Shown: positions 1 through 10,216, counted from the stretch's first letter. The stretch: DNA of 64,000 nucleotides from Gemmatimonas sp. (GCA_031414535.1 JANNVQ010000043.1:1-64000); one strand, 5' to 3'. Made by a program: numbers and translations. The notes: generated by a model from the sequence alone, not told the origin.

Positions 1-157
1 GTGGCTGTTCGGGCTTCCCGCGATCGGTTCGACGGCGCTCCCACTTCGTGTCGGGCTCACGCGCCCCGTGGCACCTTGATCGAGCTGCCGCCGCCCCGAA
101 GACTTACTACGAGCACTAGGAGACATACAAGGCACGAAGGGCTGTGGTGAGGTCGTC

Positions 158-904
158 CTAAGTCCGCCCCGTGCGCAGTGTCTCGGCGAACGCTTTGGGG
201 AGTCCCGCGGCCTTGATGGCCGCGCAGGCGCCTTCAACATCGTAAGTCACTCGTTGTTGCTCTGCACTCAGTCCCTGCTCGCTGAGGCTGAGTAGAGTCC
301 AGCCAGCGCGAGGGTCGCCGTCCTTTGGGCGTCCGACGCTGCCGGTGTTGACGAACAGCACACCATCCACCTTGCGCTGCCAGGGCTTGTGCGTGTGGCC
401 AAAGGCCACCAAATCGCCCGCCTTCGCAGCGGACTGCTCGCCCATCTTCCGCAGGAAGTCGTCGGTGCGGTCCTCCGTCACGTAGACGAGGTTGTTCATG
501 GGCGTGGCGTGCATCAAGTGGACTGTAGGCCCGCTGACGTGACCACCGAGCGGCTTCAGTTCAAGCCGGAAGGGCAGGGCAGCAAGTGCGCTGCGCGACG
601 CGGCGGTCACGTTGGCCACGGTCCAAGCAAAGCTCTCATGGGCCAGCGCTTCTTGCTCCGGGGTATCGGCGCGACACCCGCAGTGCTTGTAATGATGCGC
701 TACTGTGCTGTCGTAGTTCCCGCTCACGCCGGTGATGCCACGCTCACTGAGCCGTGCGATGACTTCGTTGGGATGCGCCTGGTAGCCGACGAGGTCGCCG
801 AGGTGGTAGCTGGCCGTGACGCCAGGCCTCGAGCCGATGTCTGCGAGCACGGCGTCGAGCGCGTGCAGGTTGGCGTGCACGTCCGAGAGGAGCGCAATCT
901 GCAT
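158..904 (-). CDS. Calcineurin-like metallophosphoesterase (ars-associated type)
   Basis: DVHAN, HLGDLVG, GNYD, GHTH and NTGSVG motifs; HCGC insert; lies 2 bp downstream of arsR. Confidence 0.85.
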   Translation of the reverse strand: MQIALLSDVHANLHALDAVLADIGSRPGVTASYHLGDLVGYQAHPNEVIARLSERGITGVSGNYDSTVAHHYKHCGCRADTPEQEALAHESFAWTVANVTAASRSALAALPFRLELKPLGGHVSGPTVHLMHATPMNNLVYVTEDRTDDFLRKMGEQSAAKAGDLVAFGHTHKPWQRKVDGVLFVNTGSVGRPKDGDPRAGWTLLSLSEQGLSAEQQRVTYDVEGACAAIKAAGLPKAFAETLRTGRT

Positions 905-906
905 GT

Positions 907-1293
907 TTAGCGGCAGGGAATGGCGCCGCGCTTCGTGACCGCCGCCGAAGCGTGTGCGCGTTCCCGCGTGAGGCGCGCGTCGGAGTCTATGAGCCCATCG
1001 AGGATCGCGTCGAGCTGGCGTTGTGCGGGCGCGTCCAACGCCGCGAGGCGGTAGTACGCGAAGGTGCTCCGACGCTCAACCTCCACCACGCCGGCGCTGC
1101 GCAGGCGCGCGAGGTGCCGCGAGACAAAGGGCTGCGACTCCCCGGTGAGGTTTACGAGGTCGCAGACGCAGAGCTCACCGGCGGCCAGCAAGTTGAGCAG
1201 GCGTAGCCGTGCGGGATCTCCGCAGGCCTCGTGCAACGAGGCCACGGACGCGAGCGTGTGACGGGTGGCGGCGGACAGTGTCGGAGTTGGCAT
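907..1293 (-). CDS. arsR: ArsR/SmtB family repressor
   Basis: ELCVCDL metal-binding motif, SRHLARLR HTH; divergent from acr3. Confidence 0.9.
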   Translation of the reverse strand: MPTPTLSAATRHTLASVASLHEACGDPARLRLLNLLAAGELCVCDLVNLTGESQPFVSRHLARLRSAGVVEVERRSTFAYYRLAALDAPAQRQLDAILDGLIDSDARLTRERAHASAAVTKRGAIPCR

Positions 1294-1313
1294 ATATATG
1301 GTATACCATATAT
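1294..1313. promoter_or_regulatory. Perfect 20-bp palindrome ATATATGGTATACCATATAT, probable ArsR operator
   Basis: AT-rich palindrome abutting the arsR start codon, between divergent arsR and acr3. Confidence 0.75.
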
Positions 1314-1320
1314 CATATAC

Positions 1321-1379
1321 GAGGAACCGACGGATGCCAAGAGTGGCGCTTTACCTCCCGTCATCCGTCATCCGTCCTC
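1321..1379. repeat. GACGGAT heptamer-repeat hairpin element
   Basis: GACGGATG at 1329 pairs with CCGTCATCCGTCATCCGTCC at 1358-1377; same family at 31163 and 49636. Confidence 0.65.
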
Positions 1380-1385
1380 TCCCCA

Positions 1386-2450
1386 ATGCATCGCCTCTCC
1401 ACCCTCGATCGTCTGCTCCCCATTTGGATTTTCGCCGCCATGGCCTTGGGGCTCGGCCTCGGCCGTGCCTGGCCCGAGCTCGGCGCCGCCCTCGACGCCA
1501 TACAGGTGGCCGGAGTCTCGGTGCCAATCGGAGTTGGCCTGCTCTGGATGATGTATCCCGTCCTCGCCAAGGTCCGCTACGAGTCCATCGGCGCGCACAT
1601 CGCGGATCGCAAGCTGCTGGGCACGTCGCTGGTCCTGAACTGGGTCATTGGCCCACTCGTGATGTTCGCGCTCGCGTGGATCTTCCTCCCCGACCTGCCC
1701 GAGTTCCGCAACGGTCTCATCCTCATTGGCCTCGCGCGTTGCATCGCCATGGTACTCATCTGGAACACGCTGGCGTGCGGGTCCAACGAGATCGCTGCGC
1801 TGCTCGTGGCATTGAACTCCGTGTTCCAGATCATCACCTACTCATTCCTGGGCTACCTCTTTCTCGTCACCGTGCCGGGATGGATGGGCGTTGAGGGCGC
1901 GGCCCTCGATATCTCCATGGGCGAGATTGCCAAGAGCGTGGGCATCTTCCTCGGCATTCCGCTCCTCGCCGGCTATCTGACGCGAAAGATTCTCGTCGCG
2001 CGCCGCGGTGAGACCTGGTACGAGGGCAAGTTCCTCCCGCGCATTGGCCCCACGGCGCTCATCGGCCTCTTGTATACAATCGTGCTGATGTTCGCGATGC
2101 AGGGCAATCGCATCATCGAGGCGCCGCTGGACGTGGCGCGAGTGGCCCTGCCACTCACAATCTACTTCCTCATCATGTTTGGCCTGGCGTTCTGGCTCTC
2201 GGCAAAGCTGGGCTTCAATTACGAGACGACCGCATCGCTCAGCTTCACCGCGGCCGGCAACAACTTTGAGTTAGCCATCGCCGTGGCGATCGGGACCTTC
2301 GGCATCACATCGGGAGAGGCCCTCGCCGCTGTGGTTGGCCCCCTGATTGAGGTGCCCGTACTCGTGGCGCTCGTCTACGCGTCACTCTGGGCGCGCAAAC
2401 GCTTCTTCCCGAGTCAGTCGTTGTCGGAGTCTGTGCCGTTGGGTACGTAA
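1386..2450 (+). CDS. acr3: Acr3 arsenite efflux transporter
   Basis: MMYPVLAKV, GLARCIAMV, GNNFELAIAVA and GPLIEVP motifs; start set at ATG 1386 (MHRLSTLDR). Confidence 0.93.
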   Translation: MHRLSTLDRLLPIWIFAAMALGLGLGRAWPELGAALDAIQVAGVSVPIGVGLLWMMYPVLAKVRYESIGAHIADRKLLGTSLVLNWVIGPLVMFALAWIFLPDLPEFRNGLILIGLARCIAMVLIWNTLACGSNEIAALLVALNSVFQIITYSFLGYLFLVTVPGWMGVEGAALDISMGEIAKSVGIFLGIPLLAGYLTRKILVARRGETWYEGKFLPRIGPTALIGLLYTIVLMFAMQGNRIIEAPLDVARVALPLTIYFLIMFGLAFWLSAKLGFNYETTASLSFTAAGNNFELAIAVAIGTFGITSGEALAAVVGPLIEVPVLVALVYASLWARKRFFPSQSLSESVPLGT

Positions 2451-3991
2451 ACGGCCCCGTCCGGCCCGACAATCTCTACCGGGACTCCCGCCAATTCGGT
2501 AAGGAGTCCCGACTTGCGACTGGCACCCCAGAGTTCCAATCGGAGCGGCGCGGTGGCGCGGCGCGGCACTGGCGTAATCCGAATGGCGCGCTCCACCCAA
2601 CGCACCTTCACGCGATCTACGGCGCGCACGTGGCCGCGGTCCAAGCCATCCGCAACGCGAAGCAGGCCGCTCAAGCGACGGATGCGCTCACGGGTATCGC
2701 GGTCTAATCGCCAGTACATCTCGTGCTTGCGCTTGGGCTCGCTGCCGCGATGGTAGCGGGCCACGTGCGCAATTACAATCTGCTCCTCGGGCGGGATGCC
2801 CAGCAGGTCGGCGTGTTGAATCAGATGGAACGAATGCTTGTGGTGCCGCTGATAGTTGATGTGGTAGCCCACGTCGTGGAGCAATGCCGCATCGCTCAGC
2901 GTTTGCCGCTCGCTGGGGTCGCAACCGATGCGAGATCCGAGCGCGTCAAACAGTTGCAGCGCCAGCGTACGCACCTGTTGCGAGTGGGGCGCCTCGTAGT
3001 GGCAACGCTCGGCAAAGGACATCACCGACCGCTCGCGCGCTTCGCCTGGGTCGGCGATGACGGGACGGACGCGTGCCGTCTCGAGCAGCAAGCCTTCGCG
3101 AATGCCGTAGCCTGAGGCAATCAGATCGCGCGGCTCCACTCGGGCCATGACCTCGGCCGCGACGGCCAATCCCGCCACGATGATGTCGGCTCGGCCAGAG
3201 TTCAGGCCTTCCACCTCCAGACGTTCGTGCGGCGTCATCGAGCTCAGTTGCTCGAGGATGTGCTCCACCTCGTGCCGCGGGATGTGCGTGCCATGCACGC
3301 TGCGCACACGGATACCCTGACGCGCGAGGAACATGCCCGCGAGGTTCGTGAACGTTCCGCCAGAGCCGATGACCGTCGCGCCGCGCCAGTCACGCACAGG
3401 CAGAACCTTCTTGATGGCCTGGCGCACGTGCTTGCGAAGCTTCTTCACGCCTTTGGCGCTGGTGCCGCCGCTGAGGAACTGCTCGGTCATGCGGATGGCG
3501 CCGAAGGGGAAGGTGAGCAAGCGCTCCACCAACCCTTCCGCGGCCAGCGCGAGTTCCAATGAGCCGCCACCGATGTCCATCACGACTGAGCGACCGACGC
3601 CGAGCTCGAAGTGCGCGAGCGCCGAGCGAAAGGCAAGACGCGCTTCCTCCTCGCCGCCGAGCACCTTCACCTTGAGGCCCGCTTCGCGGCGCACGCGTGC
3701 CAGGAAACCCGGCCCATTTGCGGCGTCGCGGACGGCGCTCGTGGCCACGGCCTCAATCTGCTTCGCGCCAATCTGGCGGGCGAGCGTGGCCATGCGCGTC
3801 AACGCCTCGCAGGCCTCGTCCATGTGGCCCTCGTCCAAGCGACCGAGTTCGTCGAGTCCCGCACCGAGGCGTGGTGCCGCCTTCATTTCATCAACCACGC
3901 GAATCGTGCCGTCGGGTGAGACATCGGCTACGATCTGGCGAATCGAGTTGGAGCCGATGTCGATTGCCGCGATGCGGAGGTCGGTCGTCAC
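2414..3991 (-). CDS. ppx: Ppx/GppA exopolyphosphatase with HD domain
   Basis: AAIDIGSNS, ATSAVRDA, DIGGGSLE, GIREG, LLHDVG; GTG start overlaps the pstS stop (GTGA). Confidence 0.92.
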   Translation of the reverse strand: MTTDLRIAAIDIGSNSIRQIVADVSPDGTIRVVDEMKAAPRLGAGLDELGRLDEGHMDEACEALTRMATLARQIGAKQIEAVATSAVRDAANGPGFLARVRREAGLKVKVLGGEEEARLAFRSALAHFELGVGRSVVMDIGGGSLELALAAEGLVERLLTFPFGAIRMTEQFLSGGTSAKGVKKLRKHVRQAIKKVLPVRDWRGATVIGSGGTFTNLAGMFLARQGIRVRSVHGTHIPRHEVEHILEQLSSMTPHERLEVEGLNSGRADIIVAGLAVAAEVMARVEPRDLIASGYGIREGLLLETARVRPVIADPGEARERSVMSFAERCHYEAPHSQQVRTLALQLFDALGSRIGCDPSERQTLSDAALLHDVGYHINYQRHHKHSFHLIQHADLLGIPPEEQIVIAHVARYHRGSEPKRKHEMYWRLDRDTRERIRRLSGLLRVADGLDRGHVRAVDRVKVRWVERAIRITPVPRRATAPLRLELWGASRKSGLLTELAGVPVEIVGPDGAVYVPNGTDSDND

Positions 3992-5100
3992 GGGCGTGGT
4001 GTGGAGTTGTTTGGGCAGCGGCCGGGGCGGAGCGCATTCAACCGTTGCCGCTGGCGAGCAATGACGGCGTCGGGGAGTGATGCGTAGCCTACTTCGGTAG
4101 CAAGCTTCGCGCCATCCGTAAGCGCCCATTGGGCAAACGCCACGAAGTGTGCGCCACGCACGGAGTCCCCGAGGGCGGCATCAGCCACGATGCGGGTCAC
4201 CGCCACCGCGGGGTACGCCGCCGCCCCACGTGCGCCCACTGCGCCAAGAGCCGTCTCGACCGAGCTTGGGGTGAGCATTTCCTCAGCGGCGGCGGCAATG
4301 GACACCGGGCTTGGCAGAACAAACGCACCGCTGGCATTGCGTAAGGCCGCTACGCTCAGGCGCGCCTGCTGTGCATAGGTGAACTCCACCACGCCCACCG
4401 CGCCGTCCTGTGATCCGATTGCGCCCGTCACGCCCTCGTTGCCCTCGACCTGTGATCCACTCGCTACCAGCCCGAGGCCTGCGGCGGAATCCGATGCCCA
4501 GCGTGGGCTCGAAGCTAAGTAGCGGGCGAACAGCGCGCTCGTACCCGTGATGCGTGGCCGCTGCACCACGTGAATCCCGATGCTGGGCAAGCGGAGGCCG
4601 GGATTCAGCGCACGAATCTCCGCGGCATCCCAACGTGTCACGCGTCCTGCAAAAATGTCCACGAGCACGTTCGCGTCGAGGTTGATCTGACCGCTGACCC
4701 CGGGCACACGGTACGCAACGGACACCGCGCCAACGACTGTCGGCAACTCGAAGGGCCCGCAGCGCGCACTCGTACGCTCCTCCAGAGTGAGCGGGCGGTC
4801 CGTCGCGCCAAAGTCTGCGCTGCCGTCCAGGAGGAGGCGAATGCCCTCGGCGCTGCCAACAGAGTAGTAGTTGATGCGCACGCCGGACGCGCTCCCGTAT
4901 TCAGCGAACCATCGGCGGTACAACGGATACGGAAAGGTCGCGCCGGCCCCAACGAGGTCAATGCCGCCTGAGGGCTGCGGTGCTTCGGGGCGCGATCGGA
5001 TCCACTCGATGCCCACCGCGAAGCCGCCCAGCAGTCCGAGCCAAACGAGCGCGAGCGCGCGAAGGATGCCCCAAGAGCGTGAGGGGGTTCGGTATTCCAC
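3988..5100 (-). CDS. pstS: PstS-like phosphate-binding protein with N-terminal membrane anchor
   Basis: GAGATFPYPLY, SVGSAEG, DFGATD and GNEGV motifs. Confidence 0.85.
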   Translation of the reverse strand: MEYRTPSRSWGILRALALVWLGLLGGFAVGIEWIRSRPEAPQPSGGIDLVGAGATFPYPLYRRWFAEYGSASGVRINYYSVGSAEGIRLLLDGSADFGATDRPLTLEERTSARCGPFELPTVVGAVSVAYRVPGVSGQINLDANVLVDIFAGRVTRWDAAEIRALNPGLRLPSIGIHVVQRPRITGTSALFARYLASSPRWASDSAAGLGLVASGSQVEGNEGVTGAIGSQDGAVGVVEFTYAQQARLSVAALRNASGAFVLPSPVSIAAAAEEMLTPSSVETALGAVGARGAAAYPAVAVTRIVADAALGDSVRGAHFVAFAQWALTDGAKLATEVGYASLPDAVIARQRQRLNALRPGRCPNNSTPRP

Positions 5101-5105
5101 GGCGC

Positions 5106-5732
5106 CTACAGTTCGTTGGCGTAGCTGACGAACTTCCAGCGCCCGTCGCGCTCCATCAGAGAACCGAAGAGTTGGAGCGTGCGCGCGGCCGAGTCACTGG
5201 CGGCGAAGCGCAGTCGGCATCCTGTCGTGATGCGGTTGGGCCCCTCAATCGAGACCGAGTCTGGGCAACTGAGAGCTTCGAACCGCATCGGCGCTCCGCC
5301 GTAGCGACGGAGCACGCGTACAATGCCTTTTTCACTGGCTTCGTTCATTTGCAGCCAGAGCAAATCGGGACCCAGTTCGTAGGGCGGCTTCGTGAACTTG
5401 GTTTCGGGATAGTAGAGCCACGCGAACTCGGCGCGGTTCACCACGAGGCGGCGGACGCTCGCCGTGTCGTTGCTGCTGATTGCCCGAAGGAACTCACGCG
5501 CGAGACGTTCGGCACTCACTTCACCACCGGCGAGGGTTGTGGGTGAGTCAGCCACTGTCGCGCGGAAGCGAGCGAGGAGCGTGCCGATTGGGAGCGCGCT
5601 GTCCACCACGTAACCGGGTGGCCGGGCGGTGGTGTCCGTGCCGGGTTTGGTCTCGCGATCACAGGCCACGGCCAACAAGCAGGCTGCAGCGAGCGCGAGC
5701 GGTGCGCCGAGGCGGGAGATGTGAGTGGGCAT
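5106..5732 (-). CDS. Hypothetical lipoprotein
   Basis: Signal peptide with LAVAC lipobox from ATG 5732; lies within the Pho-type gene run. Confidence 0.65.
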   Translation of the reverse strand: MPTHISRLGAPLALAAACLLAVACDRETKPGTDTTARPPGYVVDSALPIGTLLARFRATVADSPTTLAGGEVSAERLAREFLRAISSNDTASVRRLVVNRAEFAWLYYPETKFTKPPYELGPDLLWLQMNEASEKGIVRVLRRYGGAPMRFEALSCPDSVSIEGPNRITTGCRLRFAASDSAARTLQLFGSLMERDGRWKFVSYANEL

Positions 5733-5802
5733 GGTATGAGTCCGAAAAGCGAGAGCGGCCGGCGCCCGGGTGGGCACCGGCCGCTCCCTCCAATCTAGAG
5801 CA

Positions 5803-7218
5803 CTAGTTTGTGAAGTACACGGTCCAGCCGGTCCACCACTTGGCGCCGGTCGGGCCAGCAGCACCACGGAAGCTCGTGCCTGTGACGAAGGAGCCAGCAG
5901 CCGTCGCCAAGTTCCCCGTAAAGGTCGCGAGGCCGCCCGATGCAGCGAGCGAACCCGCCTGCGGGGTCCAATCGAACGAAGTGGCGCTCGTGGCCGGTAG
6001 CGTCAGCGTGGTGAACTGCTGCGCGGAGGTCGCGGTGGCATTGCGCTCGAGGTTACGCGCCATGGAATCGGCGAGCACGAATGAACCGGCCGAGACGTGG
6101 AACAGGGCCGGCGAGTCCAGCACCAAGATGTTGCGAGCATCGAACACGCCTTCGGTGATGCGGGTCTGCGTGGCAGCATCGCGGAGCGAAATGCCTGCCT
6201 TGGGCCAACGCGTCACGAGGCCGTTCACGTAATAGCCACCCGTACCGCGGCGGAGCACCAGCCCGTAGCCGCCAGTGGTGGGGTCAATGTCCGTGCCGGC
6301 GCCCGCACCCACAAGAGTGAAGTTCGCGACAACCGGTGTCGTGAGCGGCGTCGAGTTCTGGGCCAAGGTGCAACCGGCGCCAGCGCAACCGTCGTTCTCA
6401 ATGCCCTGCGGATCGCTCGAGGTGTTGCCGGCGCCGGAGCGCGGCACCACGAGGCGGCTCTGGTAGGCAATGAGGTACTGCAAGCGGCCGCGGTACCCTT
6501 CGGACATATCAAAGTGGTCGTCGCCTGACTCGTAGGACACGAAGTACTTACCGTCCACCGTGCCGCCAAACCACTCGAAGGAGTCATCGAGGCCGTTCAT
6601 GGCCTGCAGGTACTCCAGCGTCGTGCCCGAGCCAACGGCGGCGAAGGTAAAGGTGTTGAGCTCGGCATCGGTTGCGGTCGCGAACCCGGCAAACTCGACG
6701 CGCACGTAGCGGAGCGTGCCGCTGTTGTCGGTGTCCATCGTACCGCCGCTGTACACCTGCTGCGGGTTCGTCGTGCCGGTGCCCGTGCCCTCGAGCACCA
6801 CGGTGCCCGTGCGGTTTGAGGTGGCGTTGCCGATGATGATCAAGCCGCCCCAGTCACCGGCTTGGCGCGTGCCAGCGGGACGGGATGAGGTGAAGACAAT
6901 CGGCTCAGCGGCCGTGCCGTTGGCGACAATGCGTGCGCCGCGGGTGATGAAGAGCGACGAACCGACAGTGGTGAAATCTCCAAGGATGCGCGTGCCGGCC
7001 GGGATCGTCAGCGTGGCGCCGTTGGTGACCTGGATGAAGCCGGAGAGGGTGTAAATCGTGTCCTTGGACAGCGTGCGATCGGCGGTGATGTTCGTGTTGA
7101 TGACGCTGGCGCCAACAGTGCCAGGGCCAGTGCCGATGCCGTCGTCATTGCAGGCCGTCAGCGCAACAGAGGCGAGCAGGGCCGCGCCGAGCGCGCGAAG
7201 AGTATTGAGTCGAATCAT
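5803..7218 (-). CDS. Beta-helix-like lipoprotein partnered with the TonB-dependent receptor
   Basis: LTAC lipobox; GDWGGLIIIG, DNSGTLRYVRVEFAG and DDSFEWFGG motifs; ends WWTGWT. Confidence 0.75.
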   Translation of the reverse strand: MIRLNTLRALGAALLASVALTACNDDGIGTGPGTVGASVINTNITADRTLSKDTIYTLSGFIQVTNGATLTIPAGTRILGDFTTVGSSLFITRGARIVANGTAAEPIVFTSSRPAGTRQAGDWGGLIIIGNATSNRTGTVVLEGTGTGTTNPQQVYSGGTMDTDNSGTLRYVRVEFAGFATATDAELNTFTFAAVGSGTTLEYLQAMNGLDDSFEWFGGTVDGKYFVSYESGDDHFDMSEGYRGRLQYLIAYQSRLVVPRSGAGNTSSDPQGIENDGCAGAGCTLAQNSTPLTTPVVANFTLVGAGAGTDIDPTTGGYGLVLRRGTGGYYVNGLVTRWPKAGISLRDAATQTRITEGVFDARNILVLDSPALFHVSAGSFVLADSMARNLERNATATSAQQFTTLTLPATSATSFDWTPQAGSLAASGGLATFTGNLATAAGSFVTGTSFRGAAGPTGAKWWTGWTVYFTN

Positions 7219-7249
7219 CAAAAATCCAAGGTAAGGGTGATGTGTGAAC

Positions 7250-7284
7250 AAAAACCCCGCCGTGTCTCTACACGGCGGGGTTTT
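7250..7284 (-). terminator. Intrinsic terminator or stabilising hairpin between receptor and lipoprotein
   Basis: 15-bp perfect stem AAAACCCCGCCGTGT / ACACGGCGGGGTTTT with a 4-nt loop and T-runs. Confidence 0.75.
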
Positions 7285-7327
7285 CGTCACGGTGGCGTCA
7301 CAGCGCCACGGTAAAAACTGGGAAAGA

Positions 7328-10090
7328 CTATGGGCGCCAGCTCAGGCCGATAGAGAAGTTGCGGCCCACGCGGTAGGACTCGCGGGTCACTGGACCCTGA
7401 ACGATCCGATACGGGGCGTCGAGCAGGTTGCGGGCATCGAGGCGCGCCGTGATGCGCTCACCCACGGGAAGGCGAACCGAGAAGTCCACGATGTGGCGCT
7501 CGAGTTCCTTCACGTCCGGTAGCGGGATCTCACCGGCTTCCGTGATGCGCTCGCCCACCACGTTGTAGAGCAGGGAAGCGCTCGTCGTGCCAGCAGGCGA
7601 CGACCAGGTGAGGCCCGTGTTGAACATGTACGGGGCCTGACCCACCATCGCACGGTTGGAATTGGTAATGGAGCCGGCGTTCTGGGCGATGCGGATCTCA
7701 CTGCCCATGACCGTGGCATTCGTGGAGATCGAGAAGTTCGCTAGGGCCAGCGAGATGAAGTCGAGGCCCTTACGCGCTTCGAGTTCGATGCCGTAATTGT
7801 CGGCGCCTTGGGCGTTCACGAAGGTGATGATGCGCGTGCCGCTCGAGCCAATGTAGACGCGCTCGATTGGATCGGTGAAGCGCTTGGCGAAGAGGCCAAC
7901 GCTCACCACTTCACCAGCGGCCGGATAGAACTCCCAACGGAAATCGTAATTCTGAATGAGCGCGCGCTTCAGGTCCGGATTGCCAATCACGTTGTCGAAG
8001 CCGATGACTTCGCGGTACTGAATCGGCGCGAGCTCACGGTACTCGGGACGCGACACCGTCTGCGAGGCCGAGGCGCGGAAGTTCATGCGGTCCGACGGGC
8101 GGAAGGTCACCGCAACGGCGGGCAGCACATCAAGGAAGGTCGGGTTCGTGCTGGTGACGGCGCCAATCGTCGGCTGGGCAGACACGAGCACATCTGAATA
8201 CTCGACGCGCGCGCCGGTAATCAGCTGCCAGCGCGAGTTGAAATCCTTCTCAATCATCGCGAAGCCAGCGCCGAGATAGTCCTTCGCCTCGTAGGCACCG
8301 CCTACGCCGATGGCATTCACGCGCCAGACGTTGTCGCTCGGCTGCGTGTAGCGGCCGTCGAACAGCTGCTCAGGGCGGAGCTGGCGTTCGGCGTTGGTGA
8401 TGCCGGCGGCGTTGATGCTGTAAGCCGTGCTCGTCGCGTCACGCGCGCCGTAACGGCCGAGGCCACCGACCTTCAGGGCCAGCAAGCGGCCGATCTCGCC
8501 GAACTGAATGCGATAGTGGCCGCGCGCCTCGAACGCGTTCTCGCTGAGGTCGCTGAAGGTGCGCACGGCGCCTTCATTGGACGACGACAACCACTGACGC
8601 GTGACGATACCGGTGGTAGCGTCCGTGAACTCACCCTGCACGAACTCCGAACGATCGGGCTCGGCACGTGCGACGCCGGTGGTGGTGAAGGCGAGTTCCA
8701 ACTTCTGGTTGGCGGTCATGTCGCTCTGCAGGAGGAGCTGCGAGGAGAAGACCGAGCGCTCCACATACTTCTGGCGCGTCACGAAGAGCGGGATACCGAG
8801 GTTCTCGGACACGCCGCGCTCTTGGCGGCCTTCCGAGTCCATGGTGCGATTGTAGGTGTTGTTCAGGGCCAGGCGCGTGCGGTCGCCGAGCAATGTGCTG
8901 AAGTTGGCGAGACCGCCCCAGAGTACGGACGAGCGACCGGTCTGGCCTTCATAGCGGTCCACCGTAGACGGCACTGGGCCGCCCTGCGCAAGCGCGAGGG
9001 CGCGGACCTGATCAACGCGAGCTTCCTGCGAGTACGAGTATGTGCCACTGACCAAGTAGCCGATGGAGCGGCCAAACACCGGATCGTTGCCACCCACGGA
9101 CAGCGAGGTCGAACCATTCAGGCTGCCCTCGGTGCCGGTCGGCGACCACGAGTTGCGGAAGTCTGACACCATACGGTTGTAGTCACCCTGCGCCGGGCCG
9201 GTGTTGGCGAAGTTGCCGAAGGACGAGATGAACCCGGGGAGCGAGCGATTGCTTGCGCCAAGCGCGAGCAAGTCTCCGCCCACGCGGTTCTGCATGGGAA
9301 GCATGCGGCCGACAACCGCATCAGACCCGCCGACGCTGGAGCTCATGGCCCACGTGCGGCGTGCCGGAAACTCACGCGTCTGGATGTCCACCGTGGCGCC
9401 TGAGAAGTCGCCCGGCTGATCCGGCGTGAAGGTCTTGATGGTGGTGATGGTCTGGAGCAAGCCTGTGGGGAAGAGGTCGAGCGGGACCTGCTTCTTCTCG
9501 GGCTCCGGGCTCGGGATGCGAGCGCCGTTGAGCGAGGTCTGCGTGTAGCGGTCGCCAAGACCGCGCACGAACACGTACTTGCCGTCCTGCACGCTCACGC
9601 CAGAGACACGGCCCACGGCCTGCGCGGCGTCACCATCGGGGCTCTTGGCAATCTGCTCAGCCGTGATGGAGCTAACGACGTTGACGCTGTTCTTCTGAGC
9701 GTCGAGTGCCTCGTTCACCGAGCCGCGCTCGACGGAGGCGGTCACGACCTGCGCGGCAATCTGCAGCGTGGCCTCGGCGAGCGTGACGTCCTGCTCAACC
9801 GTCTTGCCGGCCTCGAGGAAGACACCCGTGATGGTCTTGGGTGCGTAGCCGATTCGACGAACCGTGATAGTCACGGTGCCGGCAGGAATGCCGGAGATGC
9901 TGAAGCGCCCGTCCTGTCCGGATTGGGTGCCGATGGTAGTGCCGACAACCTGGATGCCAGCGGCGGCAAGTCCAGAACCGTTGGTGGCGTCAAGCACGCG
10001 GCCAACAATTCGGCCGGTGGCCGGCGTCTGCGCGGAGAGCGCGGCAGGCAGTGAAAGCAGAACCAGCAGTGCTACTAATACGCGGCGCAT
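7328..10090 (-). CDS. TonB-dependent outer-membrane receptor
   Basis: Signal peptide, carboxypeptidase-reg-like N domain, plug motif VFVRGLGDRY, IGNPDL, RNLLD, C-terminal beta strand. Confidence 0.92.
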   Translation of the reverse strand: MRRVLVALLVLLSLPAALSAQTPATGRIVGRVLDATNGSGLAAAGIQVVGTTIGTQSGQDGRFSISGIPAGTVTITVRRIGYAPKTITGVFLEAGKTVEQDVTLAEATLQIAAQVVTASVERGSVNEALDAQKNSVNVVSSITAEQIAKSPDGDAAQAVGRVSGVSVQDGKYVFVRGLGDRYTQTSLNGARIPSPEPEKKQVPLDLFPTGLLQTITTIKTFTPDQPGDFSGATVDIQTREFPARRTWAMSSSVGGSDAVVGRMLPMQNRVGGDLLALGASNRSLPGFISSFGNFANTGPAQGDYNRMVSDFRNSWSPTGTEGSLNGSTSLSVGGNDPVFGRSIGYLVSGTYSYSQEARVDQVRALALAQGGPVPSTVDRYEGQTGRSSVLWGGLANFSTLLGDRTRLALNNTYNRTMDSEGRQERGVSENLGIPLFVTRQKYVERSVFSSQLLLQSDMTANQKLELAFTTTGVARAEPDRSEFVQGEFTDATTGIVTRQWLSSSNEGAVRTFSDLSENAFEARGHYRIQFGEIGRLLALKVGGLGRYGARDATSTAYSINAAGITNAERQLRPEQLFDGRYTQPSDNVWRVNAIGVGGAYEAKDYLGAGFAMIEKDFNSRWQLITGARVEYSDVLVSAQPTIGAVTSTNPTFLDVLPAVAVTFRPSDRMNFRASASQTVSRPEYRELAPIQYREVIGFDNVIGNPDLKRALIQNYDFRWEFYPAAGEVVSVGLFAKRFTDPIERVYIGSSGTRIITFVNAQGADNYGIELEARKGLDFISLALANFSISTNATVMGSEIRIAQNAGSITNSNRAMVGQAPYMFNTGLTWSSPAGTTSASLLYNVVGERITEAGEIPLPDVKELERHIVDFSVRLPVGERITARLDARNLLDAPYRIVQGPVTRESYRVGRNFSIGLSWRP

Positions 10091-10190
10091 TGGCGTCCCG
10101 TGGAATGTCAGAAAGTTTGGATGCATCGCTAATGAGCTAGTGACGCACCTCAAAGCTCCTTGGACCCCGTACCGGGCTTTCCACGGACTT

Positions 10191-10216
10191 GCAACGAACA
10201 TGTAACGGGCCGTGAC
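10191..10216 (-). promoter_or_regulatory. Pho-box-like direct repeats (GTCAC/GTTAC/GTTGC, 10-11 bp period)
   Basis: Upstream of the receptor-lipoprotein-pstS-ppx run, next to phoR. Confidence 0.5.

Noticed and set aside
1..157. Partial gene at the left edge
   Set aside because: Too little sequence to assign a frame or product
7286..7301. GTCAC-N6-GTCAC Pho-like repeat between the receptor and the lipoprotein
   Set aside because: It is oriented opposite to the operon and lies upstream of a terminator hairpin; also explainable as part of a small stem-loop
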